A DNA stretch of 64,000 nt from Dictyostelium discoideum (Eukaryota). Below the pieces are notes generated by a model. The model was given only the letters and a program-made list of their open reading frames with translations, made no database searches and had not been told where the DNA came from. This document shows, one piece after another, positions 1 to 16,011 of this stretch. The translations under genes were made by a program, and so were the position numbers. The DNA is taken from the NCBI GenBank assembly GCA_000004695.1, contig CM000154.2:640001-704000 (forward strand). The letters run 5' to 3'. The number at the start of each line of letters is the position of its first letter. Within the stretch, counting starts at the first letter, position 1.

Positions 1-478
1 GATAAACTTCCAACTATATGATTTCCAATTGTATTTATTCTTTTAATTGTTTTTTCCATTATTTTTTTAAAAAAAAAAAAAAAAAAAAAAATTTATATAT
101 TTATTTAATTTATTTAATTTATTTATTTATTTTTATATTACAAATAATACAAAAACACTTAATATTGAGTAATAAGTGTGTTAAATAAAAAGATTTAATT
201 TTTTTTTTTTTTTTTTAAATTTTTTAATTTTTTTAATTTTTTAATTTTTTTAATTATTTTTTTTCATTTTTTTTTTTTTTTTTTCAAAAAAGCGCAATCA
301 ATTGCTTTAAAAAGAAATTTATTATTTTTTTATTTTAATTTTTTTAATTTTTTATTTAACAAATTAAATAATAATAATAAAGACATAAATATAGAAAATA
401 ATAATTTTTTATACATTTTTTATTTTATTTAATTTCTTTTTTTTTTTATTTTTTTTTTTTTTAAAAAATATTTTTTAT

Positions 479-1078
<600 letters not shown>

Positions 1079-1446
1079 AGTTGATTTAAAAGTTTAAATG
1101 GCGATGTAGATTATAAGGAATTAGTTAAAAAGCATATTCAAGAACAATGCAAAGATTAATCATTTATTTTAGTCTAAAATATATTCTAATAAAAGTATAT
1201 TTTACAAATATATAGAATTTTAAAGTATTTTCCTTTTTTTCTTTTTTTTTTTTTGGTTTTTTTTTATCGGACCAACTTTTCCATTATTTTGGTTTTTTTT
1301 TTATTAGAAACAATTTTTCCATTTTTTTTTTTTTTAAAAGAAAAGAAAAAAAAAAAAAAAAAAATAGAAAAAAAAAAAAAATAGAAATAAAAAAAAAAAT
1401 AAAGGTATTCTTTTTTTTTTTTCCAAGAGTTAATCCGGTAGTCAAT

Positions 1447-4230
<2,784 letters not shown>

Positions 4231-4290
4231 AATAAATTATATCATTATTATCATTATTTTCATTATTTATTATTCTTTTTTTATTTAAAA

Positions 4291-4701
4291 TTAATTTAAA
4301 GAAAATGGTATCATAATATTAATTTTCTTTTTATCAAATAATGAATTTGAAATTGATTGTTCTAAATTTGATTTTAATATTTTTGTTTCTTTATTGAATT
4401 GGTCAATTTTATTTCTTGATTGACCTAATGTTAAATTTAAATCTTCAATTTTTTGATCACTCTCTATAATTAATTGTGTATATTTAGCAATGTTTTGTTG
4501 TTTTTGAGTGAATTGTAAAACTAAACGATCAACAAATTTTTTACTTGATTTAATCTCTAAAATTTGTCTAACTCTAGTATTGGATAGTTTAATCAATATA
4601 TCACTAATACTCTTTAAATATTCTTTACATTGTGATGTTGATATATCAGTTGATTCATCATTTAATTGATCAATTCCAAACATTGAATTTGATTTCTCCA
4701 T
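4291..4701 (-). CDS. hypothetical coiled-coil protein (136 aa); the heptad-rich sequence is faintly like a syntaxin N-terminal Habc domain, but no SNARE or TM segment is present
   Basis: Single ORF with no in-frame GT donor at its end. The assignment is weak. Confidence 0.35.
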   Translation of the reverse strand: MEKSNSMFGIDQLNDESTDISTSQCKEYLKSISDILIKLSNTRVRQILEIKSSKKFVDRLVLQFTQKQQNIAKYTQLIIESDQKIEDLNLTLGQSRNKIDQFNKETKILKSNLEQSISNSLFDKKKINIMIPFSLN

Positions 4702-4806
4702 TTCAAAACATCTATTATTTAAAAAAATTTCTAACTATTTTATTAATACATAAAAAAAAAAATAAAAAAAGATATTAATAATTTTATATATAATTTAAAT
4801 TTTTTT

Positions 4807-5250
4807 TTATATATATATATAAAAACATACTTCAAATAATTCATCTAAAAATTGATTCCTTAAAGGTCTAAATTCTAAAATTGTTTCATTTGGGTTAATT
4901 GGTTCATCAAATCTATCTTGTTGTTTTTGTTCTTGTTTTTGTTCTTGTTCTTGTTGTTTATCTTTTTCTTCAATTTCAATATTGGGTATAGATTTAAAAT
5001 TATTATTATCACTTTTACTATTATCATTACCAACATCACCACCACTTTCTACTAATTCAATTGTTGTAGTAATCGAAGAGCCATCAACCATTTCAATTGT
5101 ATCCATTGAAAAATCATCCCATTCAATATTTTGAGAGTCCAAATCTACTTCACTATCTTCCCAAACTATAACTGGTTGTTCTCCTATTGGTACTACATCC
5201 TCTGTAATACACCAATCAATCTCTAAATTTGGTTGATTTTCACTATTTAA

Positions 5251-5337
<87 letters not shown>

Positions 5338-6209
5338 TTCATTATTTTCATTATTTTTATTATTATTATTATCATCTTTAATATTATTATAATTATCTTT
5401 AATTTGATCATTTAATTTTATTTTTTGTGGATTTAATATTATTTCTCTTTCTTTCATTGTAACATTACCATGTTTAATTAAAAATAAGAGTAATGGTAAT
5501 GGTTCTTTACAAGTATCATCCAATTCCTATATTTAGAATATTATATTATTAATACTATTTTCATTAAGATCATAATGATTTTTAAATTGTTGGTTTAGTA
5601 TTTAAAAAGATTGACTTACAACTTTTGTTAATCTTAAAAAATTGTTATAAAATTCTATTGAATTTGAAACTGATTTATTTGAAGATAGTGAATCAACAAC
5701 CTCATTAAATAAAGGAGTTAATTGTAATGGTAATTCAATGATTTCTTCACGAATTTTGTCACCTTTTATACCTAAATCATTACACGCTTTTTTAAATGTT
5801 GATAATGCCGTTGTTTTATTCTTTAAATATGGTTTTTTTTGATCCTCTTCAATTGTTTTAATTGATTTTTCAATTGTTTTCCTTAAATTTGGTCTTGAAT
5901 TATATAATTGATATTAAATTAATATTTAATAATATTGGTTTTTTTTTTTTTTTTTTTTTTTATCTATAGATATACATACATTTCATAATTTAAATTATGT
6001 GATAAGATTTGACAAGATTCACCAATATGATAATTATCTTTTTCATAAGCTTTAATAACTTCAAACCATTTTTGTGTATTTACATTTGAATAAGCACCGA
6101 ATAATGTAGTTGCATTACCACCAGGTGCACCTTCAAACTCTTTAAATATCCTTTGACAATCATAATAACTATATTCCTCTTTAGTTACCATCACATTGAA
6201 ATTAATAAA

Positions 6210-6250
<41 letters not shown>

Positions 6251-6451
6251 TAATTAATATTTACTCTTTTCAATTGAAGTGACTTCACATGCATTGTCAA
6301 TTAATTTTAATATGTTTGATTGTGACCTTTTCCAATGTTGCTGTATCTTTTTTCTATCTGTTAACCATTCTAATAATTTATTACCTGGAACATCAATAAT
6401 CTCTTGATCATTTCCAACATTTAAAGTTTTAGTTTTAATTCTTGTTGTCAT
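4807..6451 (-). CDS. hypothetical 4-exon gene: complement(join(4807..5526,5620..5893,5980..6178,6265..6451)), about 459 aa; the C-terminal half is poly-Asn and Glu/Gln-rich
   Basis: Three minus-strand ORFs (6254-6451, 5964-6194, 4807-5523) join with frame continuity. The donors are GTAAAT, GTATGT and GTAAGT; the acceptors are aaag, caag and atag. Phase bookkeeping closes at every junction. Confidence 0.5.
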
Positions 6452-6515
6452 TATTTTTATATTATTCTAAATAAAAAGAAAATTTTTTAATTGAAGTGAA
6501 AAATTTTAAAAAAAA

Positions 6516-6548
<33 letters not shown>

Positions 6549-6972
6549 TTATAATTTAATTAATTATTATTAATTTAATTGTTTGCTATCTGCAAATATA
6601 TTTTACAAAATAATTTATTTTTTTAAATTGATATTAGATGTGATTCAATCTTTTTTTTTTGTAGTTTTATTTTATTTTTTTTTTTTTTTGTTTTAATATT
6701 TTTGTTGAGTTGGATTTCGATTTGATAATTTCTATTATTTGATGTTTGATTACTATTGTTCATTAAATGGATGGTGATTATTGTCCATCAATTGTATTTG
6801 TTTTGGAAATATTTTGTATTTATTTATTGGGTCCAAATCATTTCCCTGGTTTAAAAGTCAATTTATCAGTTTCTAGTGTATTTTATTTACTCTAATTGCT
6901 CAATTCTCTTTTATCAAAAAGAATTTTCAACAAAAACAATAACAAAAACAATAACAATAATATATAATAATA

Positions 6973-7009
<37 letters not shown>

Positions 7010-7367
7010 GTAATAATAATTCAACTCAAACAGATAAAAAAAAAAAAGCAAATGGATGAAAATCAAATTAATGATAATGAAAAGAAAATAGACAATCTTA
7101 TTAAAACTACCAATAATAATCCAATAATAATAAAATAAAAGGTTGATCGATTTGTATTATTGAATCTCTTTTTTTCTTTTCTTTTTTTTACTTTATTTTT
7201 TATATATCTTGTATTTTTTATTATTAATATTTATTCGTTTACATTATTTAGTGAGTTTCAGTTGGTTTGAGGGTTTCAAAATATGCTTTATAATCAATTT
7301 CTTGATTTGAATAATATTTTGGAATATCCAATTCTATTAAAATAATTATTAATATTGTTATTTTGGG

Positions 7368-7394
7368 TTAGTAAAACAAGTAATGATGATTATG

Positions 7395-7426
<32 letters not shown>

Positions 7427-7859
7427 TATGATTATGATTATGATTATGATTATGATTATGATTATGATTATGATTATGATTATGATTATGATAATGGTGG
7501 TGGTGATAATGATGGTAGTTATTATAAATTATTATCAATTTACTTTCTCCTTTTAATGGGATAACTTGATGTGGACCAACAACTCTAACTTTGCCTTGTC
7601 TAAATAAAGAAACTTTTTGAACTGGATCCATTGAGAAACCGTTTTCTCTTAAAATTCTGTGAAATTGTGGTGATTTTTCGTATCTTATCTCACCTTTATC
7701 AGTGCTACCATAAAATCTAAGATATGTTTGTGTTGATCTATATAAAATATAGTGATTATTGATATTAATATTAAAATAAAATATTGTATGGAAATATATG
7801 TAAAATTCTAAATTCCCACATTCATATGATCACTTTGGTATATCCATTGCATGAATCGG

Positions 7860-7897
<38 letters not shown>

Positions 7898-8026
7898 AAA
7901 TTATTATTTGATACATTACTTATATGTAGTGGCATCATTCACATATTTTCTATTTTCTGGTGTTGGTATTTTATCTAAATGTTCTCTGATATTTTCAATG
8001 ACTGGTTCACCACGTACAGTTTGCAT
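7368..8026 (-). CDS. hypothetical small protein, 2 exons: complement(join(7368..7716,7920..8026)); the C-terminal tail is His/Asn dipeptide repeats
   Basis: Exon 1 reads MQTVRGEPVIENIREHLDKIPTPENRKYVNDATTY, followed by a GTAATG donor. The intron contains poly(A/T). An acceptor at cttag leads into the ORF 7368-7631. The tail is encoded by a (GATTAT)n hexamer repeat. Confidence 0.45.
7378..7495. repeat. (GATTAT)n hexanucleotide repeat of about 19 units, lying inside the CDS above and encoding (HN)n
   Basis: Seen directly: gattatgattatgattat... Confidence 0.9.
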
Positions 8027-8201
8027 TTTTTTTTTTTTTTATTATATGTTAATTATATGATTATGAAAATGAAAAAAAAAAATTGAAAAAATTGAAAAAA
8101 TAAAAATCAAAAAAAATTAAAAAAAAAAATAAAAAAAAAAAAATAAAAATTATATTTTTTTTTAAAATTTTTTGTTTGACAAATGAAAACTTTTGCTGCA
8201 T

Positions 8202-8226
8202 ATGGAAGAAAATAATAATAATAAAA

Positions 8227-8303
<77 letters not shown>

Positions 8304-9787
8304 TGGCCAAGTGTTCAAAGTATAGAGGATAGAATTAATAATGATATAGAATCATTGAAAAGAGAGAATATTGTTGAAGATTTAAAAATATCAATTAGGT
8401 ATATAATCTATACACTAATTACCTTACCAGAAAATAATCAAACATTATATGAAAGTAGTTTTGGTGTTTCAAGGTTATGTATGTCAATTGAGAAATTATT
8501 AAGTAATAATTTCATTGAAACATATATATCACCCACCCTATGGAGTATAATAACAATCATTCAAAATGAATACCAAATAATAGATAATAGTGATTTTCAA
8601 AACATTTTACATCATTCACCATTAATTTTAACAGATTTGGGTAGATCAAGATCATATATTAGACATTTACTAAATAAAAAAATGACTTCAACATTTTTTA
8701 CTAAACATAATCAATTGTTATTACAAGAAAATTCAAAATTATTGTATGTATTTTTTTTTTTTTTTTTTTCTTTTATTAATTTTATTAAAAAGTTACTTAC
8801 TTTTAAACTTTTTTTTTTTTTTTTAGAAAATTTTATAAATCCAACTCTGTAGTGTTAGACCCAAAATCAATGTCAGTAGTACTAGATATTTTAAAAAAAG
8901 TGGATGATAATAAATTTTCAATAATTGTTCATTCTTCAAGTTTTGATACTCTAATAGATCATAGTTATTTTAGTAGTGATAAAATTCATAATAATAGCAA
9001 TAATAATAATAACAATAATAATAATTATGATAATGATGATGATGATGATGATAGTGATAATATGATTGAAACCAATATGAATGATACGAATGATATTAAT
9101 GAATTAACTGACATTAATGAAATTATAAATAATAGAAATAAAACTAATCATCCATCGTCAACAAAAATCAATAATGATGATGATGATAATAATAATAATT
9201 TTAATGATCACAATTTAATTATTTCACAGTTTGAATCACCGCCAGAATCTGATGATCTTGATAATAATAATATTAGAATTAATAATAAAATTTTAGAAAA
9301 ATTAAATAAATTAAAAATCAAAGAATCACCACCACCACAACCACCACAACCATCATCACCTCAAATAATAGAGAAAGAGGATGATATTAACTACAGTGAT
9401 ATTTTGGATAAAAATTTTAAATCAAAAGAAACACCTGCACAAGTTTCCTCATCATCGTCATCAAAAGAAGTGTCAAATCTCTCTGAGAATGATATTAATT
9501 ATAGTGACCTATTAGATCAAAGTTTTCAATCAAAAACAACAAAAAGTACAAATAAAATCAAAGAGGAAGATATTGATTATAGTGAATTATTAGATCAAAG
9601 TTTTACAACATTTAAAACCGGTGCTTTTAAAAATAATGATGAAAATAATGAAAATAACAATAATAGCAATAATAAAGAAAACAATAGTGAACTTAAAAAT
9701 AATGAATTTCCCTCTCCTTCAAATTTTAATATACAACTACCCATCAATCATAAATTATTATATGAAGAAAATGATGACTATGATTTT

Positions 9788-9880
<93 letters not shown>

Positions 9881-9991
9881 TTAGTTGGTCAGCAAATAAA
9901 TAAAAAAACCACTAAAATTATAATTAAAAAGAAAATCATTAAAAAAGTTTCCCAACCAAAGCAAACTCTTGAAAGAGATATTGATTTATAA
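8202..9991 (+). CDS. hypothetical protein, 2 exons: join(8202..8743,8827..9991); N-terminal poly-Asn, a globular region, and three tandem copies of a D-I-[ND]-Y-S-[DE]-[IL]-L-D-[KQ]-[NS]-F motif
   Basis: A GTATGT donor at 8744 and a ttttag acceptor at 8826 join ORF 8193-8852 to ORF 8852-9991 in frame. The first ATG is at 8202. The three spaced repeats at about 9390-9600 are visible directly in the translation. Confidence 0.5.
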
Positions 9992-10201
9992 TACAAATTG
10001 TAAATAAAGAGTTTTTTTTTTTTTTTTTTTAAAAATTTAAAAATAAAAAAATAAAAAATAGTTAAATTAATAAAATTAATTTACTTTTGGATCAAATGAT
10101 TTTTTGTTTAGAAATAAACTGGAATGAAATAAATAAAAAAATAAGAAGTCTAAAAATACTTTTGCCTGGGAGGTCACAAATTTTTTAAATTTTTAAGTGA
10201 T

Positions 10202-10256
<55 letters not shown>

Positions 10257-10299
10257 GTAAAACTTTAAAAAAATTAATAATATAATTTAAATTTTAAAA

Positions 10300-10362
10300 T
10301 AAAAAAATTAAAAATTAAAAATTAAAAATTAAAAATTAAAAATTAAAAATTAAAAATTAAAA
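10300..10362. repeat. (AAAAATT)n heptamer repeat, about 9 units
   Basis: Seen directly in the intergenic region. Confidence 0.9.
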
Positions 10363-10439
10363 ATTATTAAATTAAAAAAACTTTTTTCAAACCAATATAA
10401 AAATATTTTTAGTTCCCAAAAAAAAAAAAAAAAAAAAAA

Positions 10440-11721
10440 ATGAGTGTAATAGAACCTTTATTATTTGAACACAAACCTCATCAAAAAATTGGTTTTGAAG
10501 ATAAAATTAAATTCTCACCAAAAGCAATTGATGAATTAGTAAATAAATTTAAAACATTAAAACAAAATGAAGAAGATAATCCAAAAATTGTAAGTTTTTT
10601 TTTTTTTTTTTTTTTTTTTGGTTTAAACATAATATGTTATTAATTTATTTCTATATATTTTATAGAAAAAATATATTAAGAAATATGGTATTATTTTACC
10701 ATTTGAAAATTGTAGATGTTCACTATTTCAAATATTATCAGAAAAAGTGGAATTAAAAGGTCATTGTGGTAATATTATTTATTTATTATCAATATTTGAA
10801 CAATTTTTAGAATTATTAGATCAATTTAGTGAGATGGCATCAAAATCGGCAAGGGAACGTGTTTCATTCCTAATGATTGAAAAGAAGATTGAAGATATTG
10901 AATTAACTCATGAGAAATTCAAAGTGTTGGCATCAAATATTATTGATTCCATAAAAAATGGTACAACACCATTGGAGGAGAACGGTATCGTTCAATTGAA
11001 TTCATCAAAAATTAAAACCAGAGTTAAAAAGAATTTATTGGTTGGATTGGCATCGACCAGTACTATTTTTGGTGTTGCTGCCATTTCAGTTGGTATTGTT
11101 TTAGCACCATTCACGGGTGGCATTACATTATTATCAACTATTGCTGGTATTAGTACAATTGTTGCTGGTGCCGCCACAACTGGTTTAGGTACAATTACAG
11201 CTATAGCCGGTACAAGATATTTTAATCAAAAGGAAATTGATATCACCAAATCAATTCAAGCCTTGGAAATGTTAGCTAGTCAAGTAGAAGTATTGGCCGC
11301 ATCAATTAGTAAAAATCAAAATATTAAAACTCAATTAGATGAAGATTTTGAACAATTGATTCAAAACGAATTGGAATTCTTAAATTTATTCTGTGGTATT
11401 TGCTACGAAATCTTAAAGGATCCAGTTATCATACCATTACCAAATAACAATAGAGGTCAATATGAAATCTATTGTAGATGTTGTATAACTGATTGGAATA
11501 GTTCTGCTTCAACTTTACCAAAATCAAGATTACCTTTTAAAATTTCTGATTTCCAAGAACCTGATTTTAGAACTAAAGGTGAAGTTCTCAGATTTACTGA
11601 TTTAGTTAATCAAATGAATTTAAGAATTTCAAAAATTATTGATACTCAAAAAAATGAAAAACAATTTGGATCATCATCTAATCTTACTAAAACTAATTCA
11701 AATACTCTTATAAATAAATAA
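10440..11721 (+). CDS. membrane protein with tandem glycine-zipper (GxxxG-type) transmembrane hairpins and a C-terminal Cys-rich zinc-finger-like motif; 2 exons: join(10440..10589,10666..11721)
   Basis: A GTAAGT donor at 10590 and a tatag acceptor at 10665 give an in-frame join. The residues GVAAISVGIVLAPFTGGITLLSTIAGISTIVAGAATTGLGTITAIAG form glycine-zipper segments. The C-terminal end reads FCGICYEILKDPVIIPLPNNNRGQYEIYCRCCITDW, which is C-x2-C...C-x-C-C. Confidence 0.55.
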
Positions 11722-11850
11722 AATATCTATTGTACATTAATAAACTTGAAAAAAAATAAAAAAAAATAAAAAAAAAATTACATCGTTTTTCGTTTTTTCA
11801 TTGTTTCGTTTTTTCATTTTTTTTTTTTTTTTTTTTTTTTTTCAAAAATG

Positions 11851-11858
11851 TCCCACAA
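11851..11858 (+). promoter_or_regulatory. DUSE-like motif TCCCACAA (Dictyostelium upstream sequence element of ncRNA genes)
   Basis: Exact match to the [A/T]CCCA[C/T]AA consensus, lying in an ORF-free, GC-richer spacer. The match is seen in sequence; the function is inferred. Confidence 0.3.
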
Positions 11859-11927
11859 TTATATACAATGGAAGGTTGTAGTTATAGAGAAAGAAGCATT
11901 CATTTCAAAAAATTCGAACAATTAAAT

Positions 11928-11981
11928 GGGTACCCAAATACTCTATCTTAAATTTAATTGGATAGAGTCGTTCCTGTACCC
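11928..11981 (+). ncRNA. candidate small structured RNA: stem-loop GGGTAC/GTACCC plus ACTCTATC/GATAGAGT with a 13-nt loop, about 70 bp downstream of the DUSE-like motif
   Basis: A perfect 8-bp inner inverted repeat plus a 6-bp outer stem, seen directly. It lies in an intergenic region between two convergent genes. No coding potential. Confidence 0.25.
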
Positions 11982-12392
11982 AAGAAAAACCTTTACATAA
12001 TGGTAAAACACTGACTTGAATGCACCTCGCGATTTCTTGTTGGTACTTGGATTGTATTACATTCCCTAAAAATTAAAATTAAAAGAAAAAACAAATAAAT
12101 AAAATTAAAAATATTTTTATTGAAAAAAAAAACTTTTTGTTTGTGAGTTAATTATTTTTATAAGAATAGTTACATTATTTAAATGTTTTTTTTATTTATT
12201 TATTATTTTTAATTTATTCCTCAAAAAATAAATAAATAAATAATAAATAATTAAATTAATTTTATTAACTTATGAATATATATTTTAATATTTAAAAAAA
12301 AAAAAATAATAATTAATTTTATTAATAATATGAATTAATAAATATTTATTTATGTATATATATTTTATTTTTTTATTTTATTTTTTTTTTTT

Positions 12393-13810
12393 TTATAAAG
12401 TATCTAACCAAATTGATTTAAAATCAGAACGTTGTTTAATGAAAATTATTAAATCTTGTTTTGACATTCTAGTTAAAGCACCACCTTCAATTACCAATTT
12501 AAAGTTTTCAGGATTAACAAGATGTAATTTTGAAATTTCAAATAATAATTCGAAAGCATCATCAACTTTTTGACTTTTGAATTGTTTTGATAGATTTCTA
12601 TATTCGGTTAAATCTCTCATTAACTTTAGAGTACCAATACCTTGACCGATTTTAAATTTCTTAAAATGATTGATAAAGACGAATTGAGATTTTAAACCCA
12701 ACTCTTCGACATAGATATGAAAGTTTTTACCTTGTAAATTAATTTTGGCCATATCATAAAACGATTGAATTAACTTGATAACAGAAGCACAAGTATCGGT
12801 TACAGAATTGTCATAATCATCGATTAAATAATCATTTCTACCTTGTGGAAGTAAAGTTTTCTCTATTAATTGTATCATGGTTGTTAATGAATTTTCAAGA
12901 CCTGTATTTATGGTATTCTCTAATGAGGAGATATTAAAATATAATTGATCGGAACATTGTGATTGAACAATCATTGAAGTTTGAATATGTGGTAAGACAA
13001 ACACTTGAAACATTGATTGAATTTGACCAACAATTTGATTAATTGATAAAACCACTCTAAACAATTGTGAGATTGAATCTTGAATTGATTTGGTATCAAC
13101 ATTTGATGATGATGATGGAATCATTGGTAATTCGATATATTTATTTAAGACAAACATTGAATATTTTTCAAAGAGATATTCCAACATTAAAAAGAAAATG
13201 GTTTTAATATTATCGGCCAATATATTATCCAATGATAATGTATAACTTCTAGTTAAGGCATTCTCAGTTTGTTGTACAAACATTTGAGTGATCTCTGGAT
13301 TTAAACCATCCTCCAGATACATTGAATATCTATCAAGAGTTTGAAGACGTTCACATTCTTCAACTACATTTGATTGAAATAAACTAACCAAATAAGTTGT
13401 CTCCTTTTGAATATAACCTTCTTGATATTGATAGAAAATTGAATTTAACAATTGATTTAAATCCACACCAACTATACCATAGGATTGTAATGGATCAACC
13501 AATAACTTTTTAGTACTATTGAATGCATAATGAACCGTTTGTAAAAACATACTAACATTATTACTCTCCAATGATAATACATTCTCTATAAATAATCTAA
13601 CACGTTGTTCAAATAATCTAATTATTAACATTGCCATTGCTGATGTCTGATTAACAAATACATTTTGAATTACCATTTGTTCGTGTGATACATCTTTTAA
13701 AATATCTGTATAAAAAATTTCAAATCTTGTATCAACTATATTATTACCTCTAATTCTATAAATTTTAAAATAAAATAAATATAAGTTAAATCTTATTAAA
13801 TTGTAAATTT

Positions 13811-13861
<51 letters not shown>

Positions 13862-15565
13862 CAATTAAAACTTACAATCTTTTAGTAATATTATTTGCTA
13901 AATTTTCATCTTTTCTAAAACTATCAATATCAAAAAACATTTTTAATTTTTGAATATAACGTGAACGACAACGTTCACCACCATTAAAACCATGAAGAGT
14001 CGTTGCACATTGTTTCATTTTATCATAATCATTTCTTTCAGCAGCACGTTCAAATTGATTTAATAGATCATTTTCTAATGAATTTGAAATTGATTCAGTT
14101 TCTAATTTACCTTGTTTAAAACCAGAGATCTCTTTAATATCCTCTGATACTGATGATAACTTTTTCACCAAATGAGCCAATTCATGAATACGATCAGAAT
14201 TGGTAAAGATATCGGATCTCTTTGTTATACCACCATTTTCTTCAGATGATGCACCAACACTATTTAATTCCAATAGATAATTAATTAATGATAATGCACC
14301 TTGTGCTTTAACTTTTTGTTGATTCACTGAATCTAATTCATCACCAAAATGAACTGCTTTGGTTCCAATTGTATTAACTCCCTTTTCTAATTTCTTAAAA
14401 TGTTGAAAACATTCTTGATATGATCCTGTTAAATCTTGTAATTTTCTTTTATAATCATAACTAAAATCATTACATTCCTCTGCTAAATCATCTAATCTTC
14501 TATCAATCTGAATAAATTTTAAAAAATAATAAAAAAATAATAAAAAATAATAAAAAAAAAAAAAAAAGGTTAGAATATTAATTATTTTAAATGAATCAAA
14601 ATTGTGTGTGTGTGATACATTACATTACTTTCAAGTTGTGATAATTGTAATTGTGTATTTAAAAATAATTGATTAAATGGAGCAGGTTCAAAATGAAGAC
14701 CATCTGCACCCATTTGATCATTTACTAATTTACGTGTTAAATCTTCAACAAATGTAACATGTGAAAACTCTGATCCTCTAAACATGTCTGTTGTTAATGA
14801 TTTTGGTTGTATCTTATTTGGAAATATATATGGTGTTGTTTGTTTTATTGGTGTTGGTTGTTGTTGTTGTTGTTGTTGAATTTGTTGTTGTTGTTGTTGT
14901 AGTGTTGGTGGTTGTTGTTGAATTTGTCCTAAATTTGATGATGATGTTGTTGGTGTAGTTGTAGTAGATGTTGATGGTGTAGTAGTGGTAGTAGTGGTAG
15001 TAGTGGTAGTAGTGGTAGTAGTAGTAGTAGTAGTAGGAGTAGTAGTAGTAGCAGTATTATTATTATTATTATTATTAGTTGGGGCAGAAGTATTTCTAGT
15101 TTGCATTGGTGATTGTGATGGTGATGGTAATGAACTTGGTTTAGCATTTGGATTTTGTATACCTGTTGATGTACCAATTGGACTTGCCATTGAAGGTGAT
15201 GTAACTGTTATATTTGTTGTTTGAATACTCGCTTGTAAATTATTACCAGATGCAGCAGCTTGTAAATTTGTTGATGTTGTGAATGATGTTTGGCCAACTT
15301 TAACTTGTGTTGTTGTTGTTGATATAGTTGGTGATGGTGGTGATGTTGATGTTAAAGATGTTGTATTTGTAGTTGGTTGTGATATACCACCACTACCTCT
15401 TAATGCATTTGTTAAAGAAGTTATTGGTGATGATAAAGCTGATAATGTTGGTGATGATGGTTGTTTTTGTGGTGTTTCATTACCAGATGGTGGTGCTAAA
15501 CCACCTGGTTTTTGTAACTGTTGTTGTTGTTGGATTCTAGATTGAATATTTCTAGCCCATGACAT
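12393..15565 (-). CDS. exoc5: exocyst complex component Sec10 (EXOC5); 3 exons: complement(join(12393..13755,13876..14507,14624..15565)), about 985 aa
   Basis: The translated exons align to human EXOC5 along their length. FQHFKKLEKGVNTIGTKAVHFGDELDSVNQQKVKAQGAL matches FQHFQELDEHISYVATKVCHLGDQLEGVNTPRQRAVEAQKL. SDIFTNSDRIHELAHLVKKL matches SDVFTNSEKIKEAADIIQKL. The C-terminal KLVIEGGALTRMSKQD segment corresponds to KQVCSGEQLANLDKN. The donors are GTAATG (14623) and GTAAGT (13875); the acceptors are ttattcag and tttatag. The frame closes at every junction. Exon 1 adds about 250 aa of Q/T/S/P low-complexity sequence ahead of the conserved N-terminus. Confidence 0.85.
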
Positions 15566-15615
15566 CTTTTTTTTATTTTATTTTATTTTTTTAATATTAC
15601 AAAATAAATTTAATA

Positions 15616-15650
<35 letters not shown>

Positions 15651-15950
15651 AAAAATTATATTTTTTTTTAATTAAAAAAAAAAAAAAAATTAAAAAAATC
15701 TTTTTGTTTTTTTTAAAAAAAAATATAAAAAAAATTTTTTGGGACTTATTAATAAAAAACCAGATCAATATTCTAAAATAAATAAATTAATTTGGAAAAA
15801 TGTTTTAAATAAAAATATCAATAAAATAAATAAAATAAAACAAAATATTTTAAAATATTTTAAAATTATTTTGGATATAACAACAATTATAATTTTTTAT
15901 TTTTTATTTATTTTTTTTTATTTTTTTTTTTTAAAAAAACGATTAACTCG

Positions 15951-15996
<46 letters not shown>

Positions 15997-16011
15997 AATT
16001 TAAATAAAAAA

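Noticed and set aside
14929-15545. Plus- and minus-strand ORFs inside exoc5 exon 1 (poly-Val, poly-His/Leu products)
   Set aside because: They are antisense or off-frame readings of the GTT/CAA/ACC repeat tract that encodes the Q/T-rich N-terminus of Sec10. They have no start context.
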